Positions 1 to 11,747 are shown, counted from the first letter of the whole stretch. The stretch is DNA of 63,224 bases, filler included, from Octopus bimaculoides (GCF_001194135.2; 3 parts of 3 records of this genome joined end to end with filler, not necessarily neighbours in it), one strand, 5' to 3'. Translations and numbers: made by a program. Notes: generated from the sequence alone by a model not told the origin.

Positions 1-43
<43 letters not shown>

Positions 44-488
44 ATATATATATACATATAAGTATGTATATGTTAATATATATTCTTCGCAGCTCTATTT
101 CGTTTCCGCTGCAACATTCAATATGCATGTATATGTATATAAATATATATGCATATGTATACATGTGCCTATGTGTGCATGCGCGCGTGAATGCTTAAAT
201 TGTTTTAAATCAGGTTTACTCTTCTCTTCAAAGCATCTGACTTGTTCACAAAATCTGCAAGTCTCCGTCAGTATCGACGATGTCTTTTCCAGTTTTTCTT
301 TCAATGCAAAGGCGTATTCGTTGAATTATCTTTGGTGCCGCTGTGAATTCAAGAGACGTGTTCGCTTAGCATAAACTTGAAGTAGAACCTTTGCGATTTT
401 GTGAACAACCTAAGTGGAATAGTAAAATTACAGATGCAATTCATGCGATCCCTATGGTAAAATATACTTGCCCGAAGTTCCTATTGTA

Positions 489-733
489 GAGGCGCGGGGC
501 TTTGTGGTTACGGTGTCAGCATCATGATGGTAAGATTGTGGTTTCGATTCCTGGACCGGGCGACGCGTTGTGTTCTTGAGCAAAACACTTCTTTTCACAT
601 TGCTTCAGTCCACTCAGCTGGCAAAAATTTGTAACACTGCGATGGACTGGCGTCCCGTCCAGCTGGAGAACACATACGCCATTGAAACCGGGAAACCGGG
701 CCCATGAGCCTAGCTAGGCTTTAAAAGGGCGCA
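489..733 (+). mobile_element. tRNA-derived SINE (family B head plus V-domain-like body)
   Basis: Degenerate A box GGCTTTGTGG and B box GGTTTCGATTCC (540-551), then TGTGTTCTTGAGCAAAACACTT...CCACTCAGCTG. The body motif CTGCGATGGACTGGCGTCCCGTCCAG resembles V-domain SINEs. The head recurs at about 24240-24375 (-), 40310-40450 (-) and 41922-42062 (+). Confidence 0.8.
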
Positions 734-830
734 AGGAATCTGAAGTTCAAAAGTTACACGCAGATATACATAGATACATGCATGCACACATACAAACGTA
801 CATACAGATACACAAACACACACACAAACA

Positions 831-923
<93 letters not shown>

Positions 924-1687
924 TTAGATAGATAGATAGATAGATAGATAGCTATACATATGCATGCATATAAAACGAAGAAAAACCCTGTAAAATTAAT
1001 TTCATCCTTGGTTTATTTCAACAATTTGTCTTAAATTTATCGTTCATACATACATGCATACATACATACATACATATATATATACATATATGTGTGTATA
1101 AATATTATAAATGTAGCTACATGTATGTTTATCTGTATATGTGTATATGAGTGTATGAATGTATGCATGTATGTATGTATGTATGTATGCATGTAAGCAT
1201 TTCCTTATTCGCTTCGTTCTATATTCTTCTGCACGTTGTTTATACAACTTTACATAAAGTTTTCATTTCGGTCGAAGGGCCATATATATGTANNNNNNNN
1301 NNATATATATATATATATACAGTTTTTTTTTCCCTGTTTTTGCTGGGTTTATTTTCTGTTACTATCGCAGTCTACTGTTTTCTGCGTTCATTCGACTTTT
1401 TGTGTTTATTCGTCTTTACTGTTCTGAGCACTTGACTGAACAGTATTTTTATACATAAGTGCCGAAAACATAGCGATTTACAGTCGACAACTGATGAAGA
1501 TATTAAACTTTTTTCCTCAATTTGTTTTGTATTTACGTTGGTTTAGCTTAGGAAATATTTTTGTTTGTCCTCTGTCCACATATAACTACATATATAGATA
1601 TCTATGTATCAGGCTCTCAATCTGTATTCGTCTACCAACCTACCTACCTACCTACCTACCTACCTACCTACCTACCTACCTACCTAC

Positions 1688-1739
<52 letters not shown>

Positions 1740-1875
1740 TTATCTTTTTCTTTTCTTCTGTCTGCCTATCTATTTATATTTTGTGTATATCTATATATAC
1801 GTATGTATATTAAATTTATATGTATGTATACATATGATGCATAATATGCAATGTACTTTATATATATATATATAT

Positions 1876-2298
1876 AGGCGTAGGAGTGGCTGTGTGGTAA
1901 GTAGCTTGCTTACCAACCACATGGTTCTGGGTTCAGTCCCACTGCGAGGCACCTTGGGCAAGTATCTTCTACTATAGCCTCGGGCCGACCAAGCCTTGTG
2001 AGTAGATTTGGTAGACGGAAGCTGAAAGAAGCCCGTCGTATCTATGTATGTGTGTGTATGTTTGTGTGCTTGTGTTTGTCCCCCAACATCGCTTGACAAC
2101 CGATACTGGTGTGTTTACGTCCCCATAACTTAGCGGTTCGGCAAAAGAGACCGATAGAATAAGTACTAGGCTTCCAAAGAATAAGTACTAGGCTTCCAAA
2201 GAATAAGTCCTGGGGTCGATGTGCTTGACTAAAGGTGGTGTTCCAGCATGGCCGCAGTCAAATGATTGAAACAAGTAAAAGAGTAAAGAGTAAAGAGT
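1876..2298 (+). mobile_element. Full-length CORE-type tRNA SINE (family C) with internal 22-bp tandem duplication
   Basis: Head GGAGTGGCTGTGTGG...GGTTCAGTCCC, CORE-like GGCACCTTGGGCAAGT, (GT)-rich middle and (GAGTAAA)n tail. GAATAAGTACTAGGCTTCCAAA occurs twice (2157-2200). Near-identical copies at 37300-37696 and 40545-40930. Confidence 0.9.
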
Positions 2299-3083
2299 AT
2301 GAGTGATTGTGTTTATATCTTTGTATTTGTGCTTCTCCCCATCCCGTTTGTCTACCGGTGTTAGTTTGATCAGTTCGACTAAATTCCTTCAAGGAGGTGA
2401 TCCAGCATGGCTGCAGTCCAATGATTGGAATAAGTAAACGATAAGATTTACATAAATAATAGACTACACGTATTGCACTTCTGACAAACATCCCTCTAAA
2501 AAAAACCAAACACTTTTACCATCAATCATGTCAGGCGTTTAGTAAATACGCACAATAATTCAGTTTGCTAAGAGCACATGTCATTCAGGAGACAAATATA
2601 TTACAGGAAAGGGTAACACAACTTAGTAGAAAAGGTAAAGTCACAAATGACATTTCATAAGAGAATAGAAAAAAAAATCAATCCTCCTCTCGACGTGGGA
2701 TTGTATCGGCTCTGAAGTCAACCTTTGAAGTCATGAACCTGTTAGTTCAGCCACCTTCTCTGAAGATATGAAATAGAAAGTGTATGACAGGGGCAAAGAG
2801 AAGGCGGTAAAAAATGTAAAAGGAGGAAGAGAGACGAAAATTTATAATTGTAGCTGACGGATAGGTGCTCAACCGGAAGAAACAACAGTCAAACTCCTGC
2901 AAATCACACTTTTAAATAAAGATTACCTGATATTCAAACGATTGGATTATCACAACTAGCATGAGTTTCAACATAATTTTTCGAATACAGCTAAACTGGG
3001 ATTATTCCCACAACTTATATGGTCTGTCTTTGGAATCATATACCTGATAGTGCCCATCCCTCTCCAGGTTTGAACATGACCTA

Positions 3084-3184
3084 TTTCTTCTTCTTCTTCT
3101 TCTTCTTCTTCTTCTTCTTCTTCTTCTTCTTCTTCTTCTTCTTCTTCTTCTTCTTCTTCTTCTTCTTCTTCTTCTTCTTCTTCT
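3084..3184. repeat. (TTC)n microsatellite running into a gap
   Basis: Directly visible; explains the poly-F and poly-K ORFs. Confidence 0.95.
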
Positions 3185-4111
3185 NNNNNNNNNNNNNNNN
3201 NNNNNNNNNNNNNNNNNNNNNNNNNNNNNNNNNNNNNNNNNNNNNNNNNNNNNNNNNNNNNNNNNNNNNNNNNNNNNNNNNNNNNNNNNNNNNNNNNNNN
3301 NNNNNNNNNNNNNNNNNNNNNNNNNNNNNNNNNNNNNNNNNNNNNNNNNNNNNNNNNNNNNNNNNNNNNNNNNNNNNNNNNNNNNNNNNNNNNNNNNNNN
3401 NNNNNNNNNNNNNNNNNNNNNNNNNNNNNNNNNNNNNNNNNNNNNNNNNNNNNNNNNNNNNNNNNNNNNNNNNNNNNNNNNNNNNNNNNNNNNNNNNNNN
3501 NNNNNNNNNNNNNNNNNNNNNNNNNNNNNNNNNNNNNNNNNNNNNNNNNNNNNNNNNNNNNNNNNNNNNNNNNNNNNNNNNNNNNNNNNNNNNNNNNNNN
3601 NNNNNNNNNNNNNNNNNNNNNNNNNNNNNNNNNNNNNNNNNNNNNNNNNNNNNNNNNNNNNNNNNNNNNNNNNNNNNNNNNNNNNNNNNNNNNNNNNNNN
3701 NNNNNNNNNNNNNNNNNNNNNNNNNNNNNNNNNNNNNNNNNNNNNNNNNNNNNNNNNNNNNNNNNNNNNNNNNNNNNNNNNNNNNNNNNNNNNNNNNNNN
3801 NNNNNNNNNNNNNNNNNNNNNNNNNNNNNNNNNNNNNNNNNNNNNNNNNNNNNNNNNNNNNNNNNNNNNNNNNNNNNNNNNNNNNNNNNNNNNNNNNNNN
3901 NNNNNNNNNNNNNNNNNNNNNNNNNNNNNNNNNNNNNNNNNNNNNNNNNNNNNNAACTTACTTGGAGGCAATGTGATCATATGATAACATATTATTTATG
4001 ATAACATAAATAATATATAATTATATGCATATATCCATACATATATGTACATACCTACATCTATATGTATGCATACATGTATATATGGGTACAGGACATC
4101 ACAAAAAAACG

Positions 4112-4276
4112 TTAAACACAATGAGAAACGAAAACATTAAGACGAAGACAGAAAACGAACTTTTTTTTCGAATGAAAAAAACAGAGAAACGAGACATGCA
4201 ACATAAAGAATATTACCCTTCTTCAGTTGTCCGTTTTCTGTCTTCGTTTTATGTTTTCGTTTCTCATTGTGTTTAA
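4112..4276. repeat. Inverted repeat with arms of about 45 bp (4112-4157 / 4232-4276)
   Basis: TTAAACACAATGAGAAACGAAAACATTAAGACGAAGACAGAAAACG pairs with CGTTTTCTGTCTTCGTTTTATGTTTTCGTTTCTCATTGTGTTTAA with one mismatch and one indel. Confidence 0.9.
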
Positions 4277-4800
4277 AAGCTGAAATTCATAGAAAAACAT
4301 AAGCCGAAGACAGGTGGATGAACAAGCAGGTATTTTAATTTGACGCACGGGAACATGAAAATGTATTTTACGTTTAGAGAGAGAGAGAGAGAGGAAATAC
4401 GAGAGAGAGAAAGTAAGAGAGAGATAAAGTAAAAGACAGAGAAGGAGAGAGGGTGGGAGAGAGAGGTGGGGCACAAAGTAAAAGTACAGACGTGATATCA
4501 TAATAATGATAAATATTTATCAACTAAGGGGAATAATCGAAATAAGCTAATGCTATGAATTTAGATAAGTCAACGATTAATGTACCAAATGACATTTGCA
4601 AGGAAATCTTAATTAATTGAACTCACACACCCATCCACCCCTGCTGTAATTTGTTGGACAAGAAATTATCTCGATTCACATTTTACCTTTTGTAAAAATA
4701 AAGCCGTCTTATTTTTATCATCTTTTCCCTCCCCACAACCTCCTCCTATTCCTCGTCTTCACGTCTTACTACAAATACTATAAACCCTATCTCCACCACC

Positions 4801-4850
<50 letters not shown>

Positions 4851-5929
4851 AACTACTGCTCTCTAATACACTAACGAACTCACTGGCGCCAGTCAATCCG
4901 ATTCTAACAATTTCATCGTCCAGTTATTTTCTAACGAAACACAGAAAATGTCAGTGTAGTGTTTCTGTACAAGATCGTCAGTCTAGTGTTATTGTTGTTA
5001 TGCATTCAGTAGGTATATATATATATATATATTGTATGCATATGTCTATCTATACATATGTGTGTGTGTAGACGCTGTATAGGTGCAAGTGTATAGTGTG
5101 TATGCGTTTTTTGCATTTTTTGGACCTTGGTCTATGCATATTACTATATGTATATGTGCTTACATGTACATGTGTATAGTGTGTGTATGAGTATATGCGT
5201 GTTTGTGTGTATTTGTCTGAATGTATGAGCTTATGTATTCATGCATGAGATTCCTTATGTATGGGTGTATGCGAGCTTCCGTATATATGTGTATATATAT
5301 ATATGCATACGTCTATATCTATTTCTGTTTCTTTATTAGTATATGTGGAAGTGCTTCTTCACGATTTTATGTTTGTGCATCGCTGACATAAGTGCGTGCA
5401 GTGATGAGTACATATGTACGTGCATACGCGCGGTTATACCCATTTACTACAGCTTGTGTACTTGGATACACACATGTATGCATGTACACATGTATATTTA
5501 TATATACCTATGTATGTAGACAGACACACATGGATACAAACATGGACAGCATTGCATTTGAAGTTCTTATGACATGCTAAACTTTATGAATGCTTTTCAT
5601 AATTTGTCCGTACCATTGACAGCTTGTAGCTGTAATTTTTTCATGAGGTATGTTCTTTCATCATTTTTAAAGCTCAGCTACTCAAGATTCTTACTAATGA
5701 AATTAGTCAGGCTAGTAACCAATTAGTTACGCAAGTTTGTGCAGTATGGAAACTTGTTTTCCTGAAATATTTTTTCAAATATTTCGCGAAAGGGAAATGA
5801 GATGGCTTTTAAATTCAACATTTCTATTGGAATTTAGAAAATACAAAAACTGGCGGTCTTCTATGTATGTATGTATGTATGTATGTATGTATGTATGTAT
5901 GTATGTATGTATGTATGTATGTATGTATA

Positions 5930-6356
5930 TTATCATTCAGTTTTATTTCAAGATTTCTTGCCAATAAAGAAAGAGCCGGTTTCTAACCTAAATCCAAGGC
6001 TCCTTCATTGAAATTTCAACATCAACAACTGAGTATTTTCGTATGTATGTATGTATCCGAGCAGGTTTGTATGTTTTGCTTTATGTATGTATTCTTACGC
6101 ATAGACTTGCCTGTCAAGACATGCTCGTATATATTCAAATGATAAGCTTCTGGAAAGTTTTACAAATTTTTACATTTCCAATGAGGGATAGGATTTGTAG
6201 TCTTCGAATCAGCTTTCTCCTTTCTGGTTTTGAGAAGCCTAATTTCTCACGTTTGGTATTTCGGCAGTGTATTACATATCCTAATGCCCCAATGATTACA
6301 GGTATAAACCAGAACTTGTAATCTAGACAGAGTAACTGCAGATTTTTCAATAGTTC
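5930..6356 (-). mobile_element. 3' end of an RLE-type non-LTR retrotransposon (family B) with (ATAC)n tail
   Basis: The minus frame to the stop at 6135 reads ELLKNLQLLCLDYKFWFIPVIIGALGYV...LQILSLIGNVKICKTFQKLII*, matching the post-RLE IPxIIGALG C-terminus. The 3' UTR ends in the tetranucleotide run at 5862-5929. Confidence 0.75.
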
Positions 6357-6358
6357 AG

Positions 6359-6670
6359 ATGGAAATAGAGATAACTCGAATGTGGAATCTAAAAACAGAA
6401 ACAATTCCTATCATAGTAGGCGCATTAGGTATGATAATAAATATTCAGATAAATACATAACAAAAACACCAGGACTTACAAATATATATAACATACAGAA
6501 AATTGCACTACTGGGTACTGCACACATTCTACGCAAAACACTTTCAATACAGTAACCATAAGAGCATCACAGCAAACCACAGCACATAACCAAGGCACAC
6601 AGAGCTGCGCTCGGCAGTGAAGTGAAAGCACGTTATAAAAATAAAACTACTGAATAATAATAACAACAAC
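6359..6670 (+). mobile_element. 3' end of an R4/Dong-like RLE LINE (family A) with (AAT)n tail
   Basis: EIEITRMWNLKTETIPIIVGALGMI, a frameshift, then YSDKYITKTPGLTNIYNIQKIALLGTAHILRKTLSIQ* (stop 6553-6555), 3' UTR and AATAATAATAAC tail. The same 3' end occurs at 11529-11747 and 61015-61200. Confidence 0.85.
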
Positions 6671-6849
6671 AAAAGCCTTCTGTATTGAAGAAGCAAAAGG
6701 GATGTTGATCTGTTTGCGTTGGAGATTTTGATGGTTGTAGTGCTGGTATCTGTTTTGGTTTTACCGTCGGTGACAGTAATGGCAGAGTTGAAGGATGGAA
6801 AGATAAAAGACATAAGTTAATCTGGTCGTTTCAGTAGGATTCTAAAGTA

Positions 6850-7700
6850 AAGGCGTTGATACAACTGATATGATATAACTTATTGCGGTTAGCGTCAGGA
6901 ATGTTTAGTTTAGGGGTTGGGGGTATTTGAGGGCGGTGTATTTTCTTCCCCCAGCACCAAGGACGATTAAGTTTGATTGCTAAGTGAAATGATTGCTTAA
7001 AACCGGGTGCTTAGTAAGTGTCTTGAAACTGAGATTTGGGGGTCCGTATCTACTTCTTATGATAGTGGCACCAAATTGTACGTTTTTTTTTTCTTCAAAA
7101 ATGGTCGTCAAAATTGCCTTTTTATTTATTTGTCTCTTTTATTTAGGTTTATTTATCAGATTTTTATAGATTTATATATGAGATTGCTGGCCAATTTTTT
7201 GCTATAGTATTTTTGTCTTTTCCGTACATTTTTAGTTTTTCTCTTGTTCTCCGTATATATATATATATATATATGTATATATTTGTTTTGGCATTCATGA
7301 AATTTTTAGTAGCTCGTACGTTGCAAAATTATGTTCCTTTATTTCTTATTCATAAGATGATTACCAAGATTCTCGCTCGTAGCCAGACATGTTATTGATT
7401 GTATTTCTTGTAATGTTTGTTGATAGTTTAGCCTTGCATCAACTCTTTGCTTGATGGGCCAGAAACTTTTATTGTATATTCATAGCAGTTTTTCTTCTTT
7501 TCTGTGAAAAAAAAAAAAACAGTCTTAAAATCTGGTACATTTTCTTTATTTGGTTATTGTAAACACTTACTTTTACTCTTTTATTTATTGACACCTCCTC
7601 CTAAATTAACTGAAATACTTATTCCTTAAAACGCACATCAAGTATTCTAATGATACTGTGTGTCTGCTTTTTGTTGATAGTTAAACAACTAGTAATTTTG
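6850..7700 (-). mobile_element. Heavily decayed Penelope-like element (RT end and GIY-YIG remnant)
   Basis: Minus-strand fragments ILDVRF (cf. FLDVTF), LKIS*MPK (cf. LKISYSCMPN) and FGAT...RYG...SFK (cf. YIGxT...RY...SFR) occur in the expected order. Many stops; boundaries approximate. Confidence 0.4.
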
Positions 7701-8519
7701 ATGGCAAGAATTTTTATGTATTCCTTTTAAATGTTGTTGATATTTTCGTTGATGACAAAAGCATATTCAACTTTCTTTATGGATAACATTTTACCATTCA
7801 TAATTGGGTTATTTTTGGTTTTGTCAGTCCCATAAGTATGTTGATGACGTTGTGTCTTACAATTGTTGATAGTTATATATAGTGTTTATAGATAGCAAGA
7901 ATTTTTATGTATGTTCATAGCTGTCTTCCTTCTTTATGCTCATAACATCAACCATCTTAAATGTCTTTTGGATAACTAAACTTGCAAACTTCCCTGCTCC
8001 AAAACCCAGCCATTTAATTATATTTTCCCACCCCTGAAACTTTCTTAGCGTGTTTCCTCACCGACCATAGGCTTTCTACATAATATACCGACCTATAGAT
8101 GATCACTATGAACATGAAAAACAACGTTCTCACCAGTGTAGGACGAACTACAGCATTGTTCCTCCTTCTCTAATCACCAGCAAATGAGAATCTAACTTAT
8201 TTGGAAGGACTTACACAACTGCTCCTCCTCTCATCAACGTTATTTACACTAGTCATGGATGATCTCATTTCCAACTTTACTTCACTCATCAACTGCATGG
8301 GTGAAACCATGGGACGGGGTGACACCACCGTCCCTTTTTCCCCTCATCAACAGCAATGTATCTAAGCACTCTGGGAAGACCTACAACGCAGGTCTTCCTT
8401 TACTTACCAACTGCAACAATTTCACAAATCTGAGAGGGCGTACAACGCTTCTCCTTGTCTCTCTAATAAATTCAATATCACCACCCTGAGCGGGCCTACA
8501 TCACTAGTCTTATATTTTT

Positions 8520-8790
8520 CAAAATCGTATAAAATATAACATTTTATGTGCCTTTGGTAGTTAGAGTAATCCTGGATTTGCGATGTTCCTTGATTTGGCC
8601 TTTGTTCGGGAGTTCTGTATCAGAAGACTGCCTTATTCATGTGTCTCCATAATTTGCATACTATCTCATTTCACTGACCTCTCTCTTTTGTTCCCTCATC
8701 TTTTATGTAAACCCCTGCACAAATTGTAAATTGTCCTAGTAATGTCGTCTTCATCTGATGCCCTTGTGACTAATAAAAGAAATTATCATG
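8520..8790 (+). mobile_element. Retroelement-like 3' end (GCCCTTGTGACTAATAAAAGAAAT plus ATC-rich tail)
   Basis: The same terminal motif recurs inverted at about 54910-54935; simple-repeat tail. Family not assigned. Confidence 0.4.
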
Positions 8791-8852
8791 ATTATGGTCA
8801 TCATAAGCATCATCATGATCGTTTTTATTATTATTGCTTTTAAAATATATAT

Positions 8853-8903
<51 letters not shown>

Positions 8904-9574
8904 NNNNNNNNNNNNNNNNNNNNNNNNNNNNNNNNNNNNNNNNNNNNNNNNNNNNNNNNNNNNNNNNNNNNNNNNNNNNNNNNNNNNNNNNNNNNNNNNN
9001 NNNNNNNNNNNNNNNNNNNNNNNNNNNNNNNNNNNNNNNNNNNNNNNNNNNNNNNNNNNNNNNNNNNNNNNNNNNNNNNNNNNNNNNNNNNNNNNNNNNN
9101 NNNNNNNNNNNNNNNNNNNNNNNNNNNNNNNNNNNNNNNNNNNNNNNNNNNNNNNNNNNNNNNNNNNNNNNNNNNNNNNNNNNNNNNNNNNNNNNNNNNN
9201 NNNNNNNNNNNNNNNNNNNNNNNNNNNNNNNNNNNNNNNNNNNNNNNNNNNNNNNNNNNNNNNNNNNNNNNNNNNNNNNNNNNNNNNNNNNNNNNNNNNN
9301 NNNNNNNNNNNNNNNNNNNNNNNNNNNNATGTAAAAGAAAAAAGTTGTTAATTTTTTAAAAATTAATTAATAAACAACATATTGCTAAAAAATTTATTTC
9401 CTCATCTATAACGTTACATCATTTACCTTCATACTTGAAATTGTATTATTATTTCGTATAAATTGTATATCTCTTGGCATGGCTTCACGTTCGAAGATTT
9501 ACGGGCGTGGGGGTATGATCATGTCTGTTGCAAGCCTAGCAAATCCGGTTCGAGAAGTTTCTAATCTGGATACT

Positions 9575-9688
9575 AGAAATTTGTAGGAAGAAATTTGTGG
9601 GAAGTAATTAGTGGAAAGAAATTTGTGGGAAGAAATTTGTGGGAAGAAATTTGTGGGAAGAAATTTGTGGGAAGAAATTTGTGGGAAG
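9575..9688. repeat. Minisatellite, 14-bp unit AGAAATTTGTGGGA x8
   Basis: Six identical copies and two variant copies, directly visible. Confidence 0.95.
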
Positions 9689-9721
9689 AGTAATGTTGAT
9701 TATAACGAGCAACGGAACTTC

Positions 9722-10065
9722 GTTAGGACGTAATGTATTGATTCCGAAAGATTAAGAAGTAAAGTTTACTTCGGCGGGATCTCAACAACGTAAAGACACT
9801 GAACAAATATGGCAACGCAGTTTCTCCGAAGCGCTGATGATTCTGCTAATTCAATGTAATTAATAATTGTTTCTCACAGACACAAAATCTGAGATTTCGT
9901 AAATGGATCTAATGGATTAAATTGACTCAAGTACTTGACTGGCATATTTATTACATTTGTACTTGAAGGAATAAAGATAAAGTTGATCTCGGTTGGATTT
10001 GAACTTATGAAACAAATACAACTTGGAGGGTTTTTTTTATATTTCCGACGCTCTAGCGATTATCT
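9722..10065 (-). mobile_element. Two decayed family D SINE copies in tandem
   Basis: Degenerate AAAGTT(G/T)A(T/C)YTCGG...GAT(T/C)T motifs and CTAGCGATT/CTGATGATTCTGC head remnants match the family D consensus seen at 36798-37004. Confidence 0.5.
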
Positions 10066-10958
10066 TAAAAATAATAATAATAAAAATATTAATAAATAAA
10101 TAATAAACTGTCTTCATACCATAACAGATATATTTTAATCTATAAAGAATTAACAATTACAACACATGCACATATGCACAGACACATACACACTGCTCGC
10201 ATATATATATATATATATATATTAATGATATATATAGTATAATGTAATATATATATGTATATATGTTTGTATATATCTATATATGTATGTATATGAATAT
10301 ATATATGTATATATACATATATATATATATCTGCATATACAAATACATGTATATGTATGTATGTATGTGTATNNNNNNNNNNNNNNNNNNNNNNNNNNNN
10401 NNNNNNNNNNNNNNNNNNNNNNNNNNNNNNNNNNNNNNNNNNNNNNNNNNNNNNNNNNNNNNNNNNNNNNNNNNNNNNNNNNNNNNNNNNNNNNNNNNNN
10501 NNNNNNNNNNNNNNNNNNNNNNNNNNNNNNNNNNNNNNNNNNNNNNNNNNNNNNNNNNNNNNNNNNNNNNNNNNNNNNNNNNNNNNNNNNNNNNNNNNNN
10601 NNNNNNNNNNNNNNNNNNNNNNNNNNNNNNNNNNNNNNNNNNNNNNNNNNNNNNNNNNNNNNNNNNNNNNNNNNNNNNNNNNNNNNNNNNNNNNNNNNNN
10701 NNNNNNNNNNNNNNNNNNNNNNNNNNNNNNNNNNNNNNNNNNNNNNNNNNNNNNNNNNNNNNNNNNNNNNNNNNNNNNNNNNNNNNNNNNNNNNNNNNNN
10801 NNNNNNNNNNNNNNNNNNNNNNNNNNNNNNNNNNNNNNNNNNNNNNNNNNNNNNNNNNNNNNNNNNNNNNNNNNNNNNNNNNNNNNNNNNNNNNNNNNNN
10901 NNNNNNNNNNNNNNNNNNNNNNNNNNNNNNNNNNNNNNNNNNNNNNNNNNNNNNNNNN

Positions 10959-11003
<45 letters not shown>

Positions 11004-11221
11004 AATGAAAAAGCTAACGAAGAAAATATTTTAAGTCCCAGCAGCAATAGCAGTAACAACCAATACAAGTAGTCGACGAAGTAGTTAGTCTTCATGGAAT
11101 CCCCAGACGAGCAAGTAATAACGAGCGAATTACCCTCGCAGTAAATCCTTTAAGTAATATTTTAAAAGACTTGAAGACAGCTAGCGGGCAGAACCTTGAG
11201 ACAAAATTCTTTGTGCTCTGA

Positions 11222-11533
11222 ACATAGAACCGGAAGATATGCTGTTAAACATGTTTCCAGGCGCGTAAACGATTCTCTCAGTTCGCTAACGTGAAGATGG
11301 ATGCAATGCCATTAAGCATCTTGTACGGCATGCAAAAGATGTTGCCAGTTTGCCACCTTCATAATGATACTTTCTACTATAGGCACAAGGCCTGAATTTT
11401 TGCAGGATGAGATTAGTGGGTGACATCAACTCCAGTATTTGACAGGTACTTATTTTATCGACCCCGAAAAGATGAAAGGCAAAGTCGACCTCGGTGGAAT
11501 TTGAACTCAGAACGTTAAGACGGAAGAAACACC
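11222..11533 (-). mobile_element. Family D SINE (11361-11533) preceded by two partial heads
   Basis: TTTCTACTATAGGCACAAGGCCTGAA...AAAGGCAAAGTCGACCTCGGTGGAATTTGAACTCAGAAC. The B box on the minus strand reads GAGTTCAAATTCC. Confidence 0.8.
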
Positions 11534-11716
11534 TGGACTTACGAATGAATATAACGTAGAGAAAATAACACTACTAGGCACCGCGCACATCCTTTGTAAA
11601 ACACTTTCAATACGATGAAAATAACAGCCCCAAAACAAACCACAGTACATACCCAAGAAACACAGAGCTGCACTCGGTAGTGCAGTGAAAAAAAGCACGT
11701 GATAAAAATAAGACTA

Positions 11717-11747
<31 letters not shown>
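11529..11747 (+). mobile_element. Short 3' fragment of the R4/Dong-like LINE (family A) with (AAT)n tail
   Basis: ACACCTGGACTTACGAAT...ACACTACTAGGCACCGCGCACATCC...ACTACTGAATAATAAT aligns with about 6465-6663. Confidence 0.85.

Noticed and set aside
3019-3984. Long ORFs in the track that span N-runs (also 8788, 10263, 11539, 18552, 26246, 30657, 35215, 44614 and 53343)
   Set aside because: Their length comes from X residues and flanking microsatellites.
8205-8290. EGLTQLLLLSSTLFTLVMDDL as an RT domain-4 remnant
   Set aside because: It resembles QGxxLSPxLFxLVMD, but it is a single short motif with no neighbouring RT motifs that I could find. Too weak to annotate.
9575-9688. Short direct repeats as a CRISPR array (also 18566, 25683 and 15239)
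   Set aside because: The units are contiguous with no unique spacers, there are no cas genes, and the context is eukaryotic.
11069-11220. Exon-like frames on both strands (VDEVVSLHGIPRR... on +; IYCEGNSLVITCSSG... on -, faintly SUEL-lectin-like)
   Set aside because: No convincing acceptor/donor pair, and the similarity rests on a few residues.
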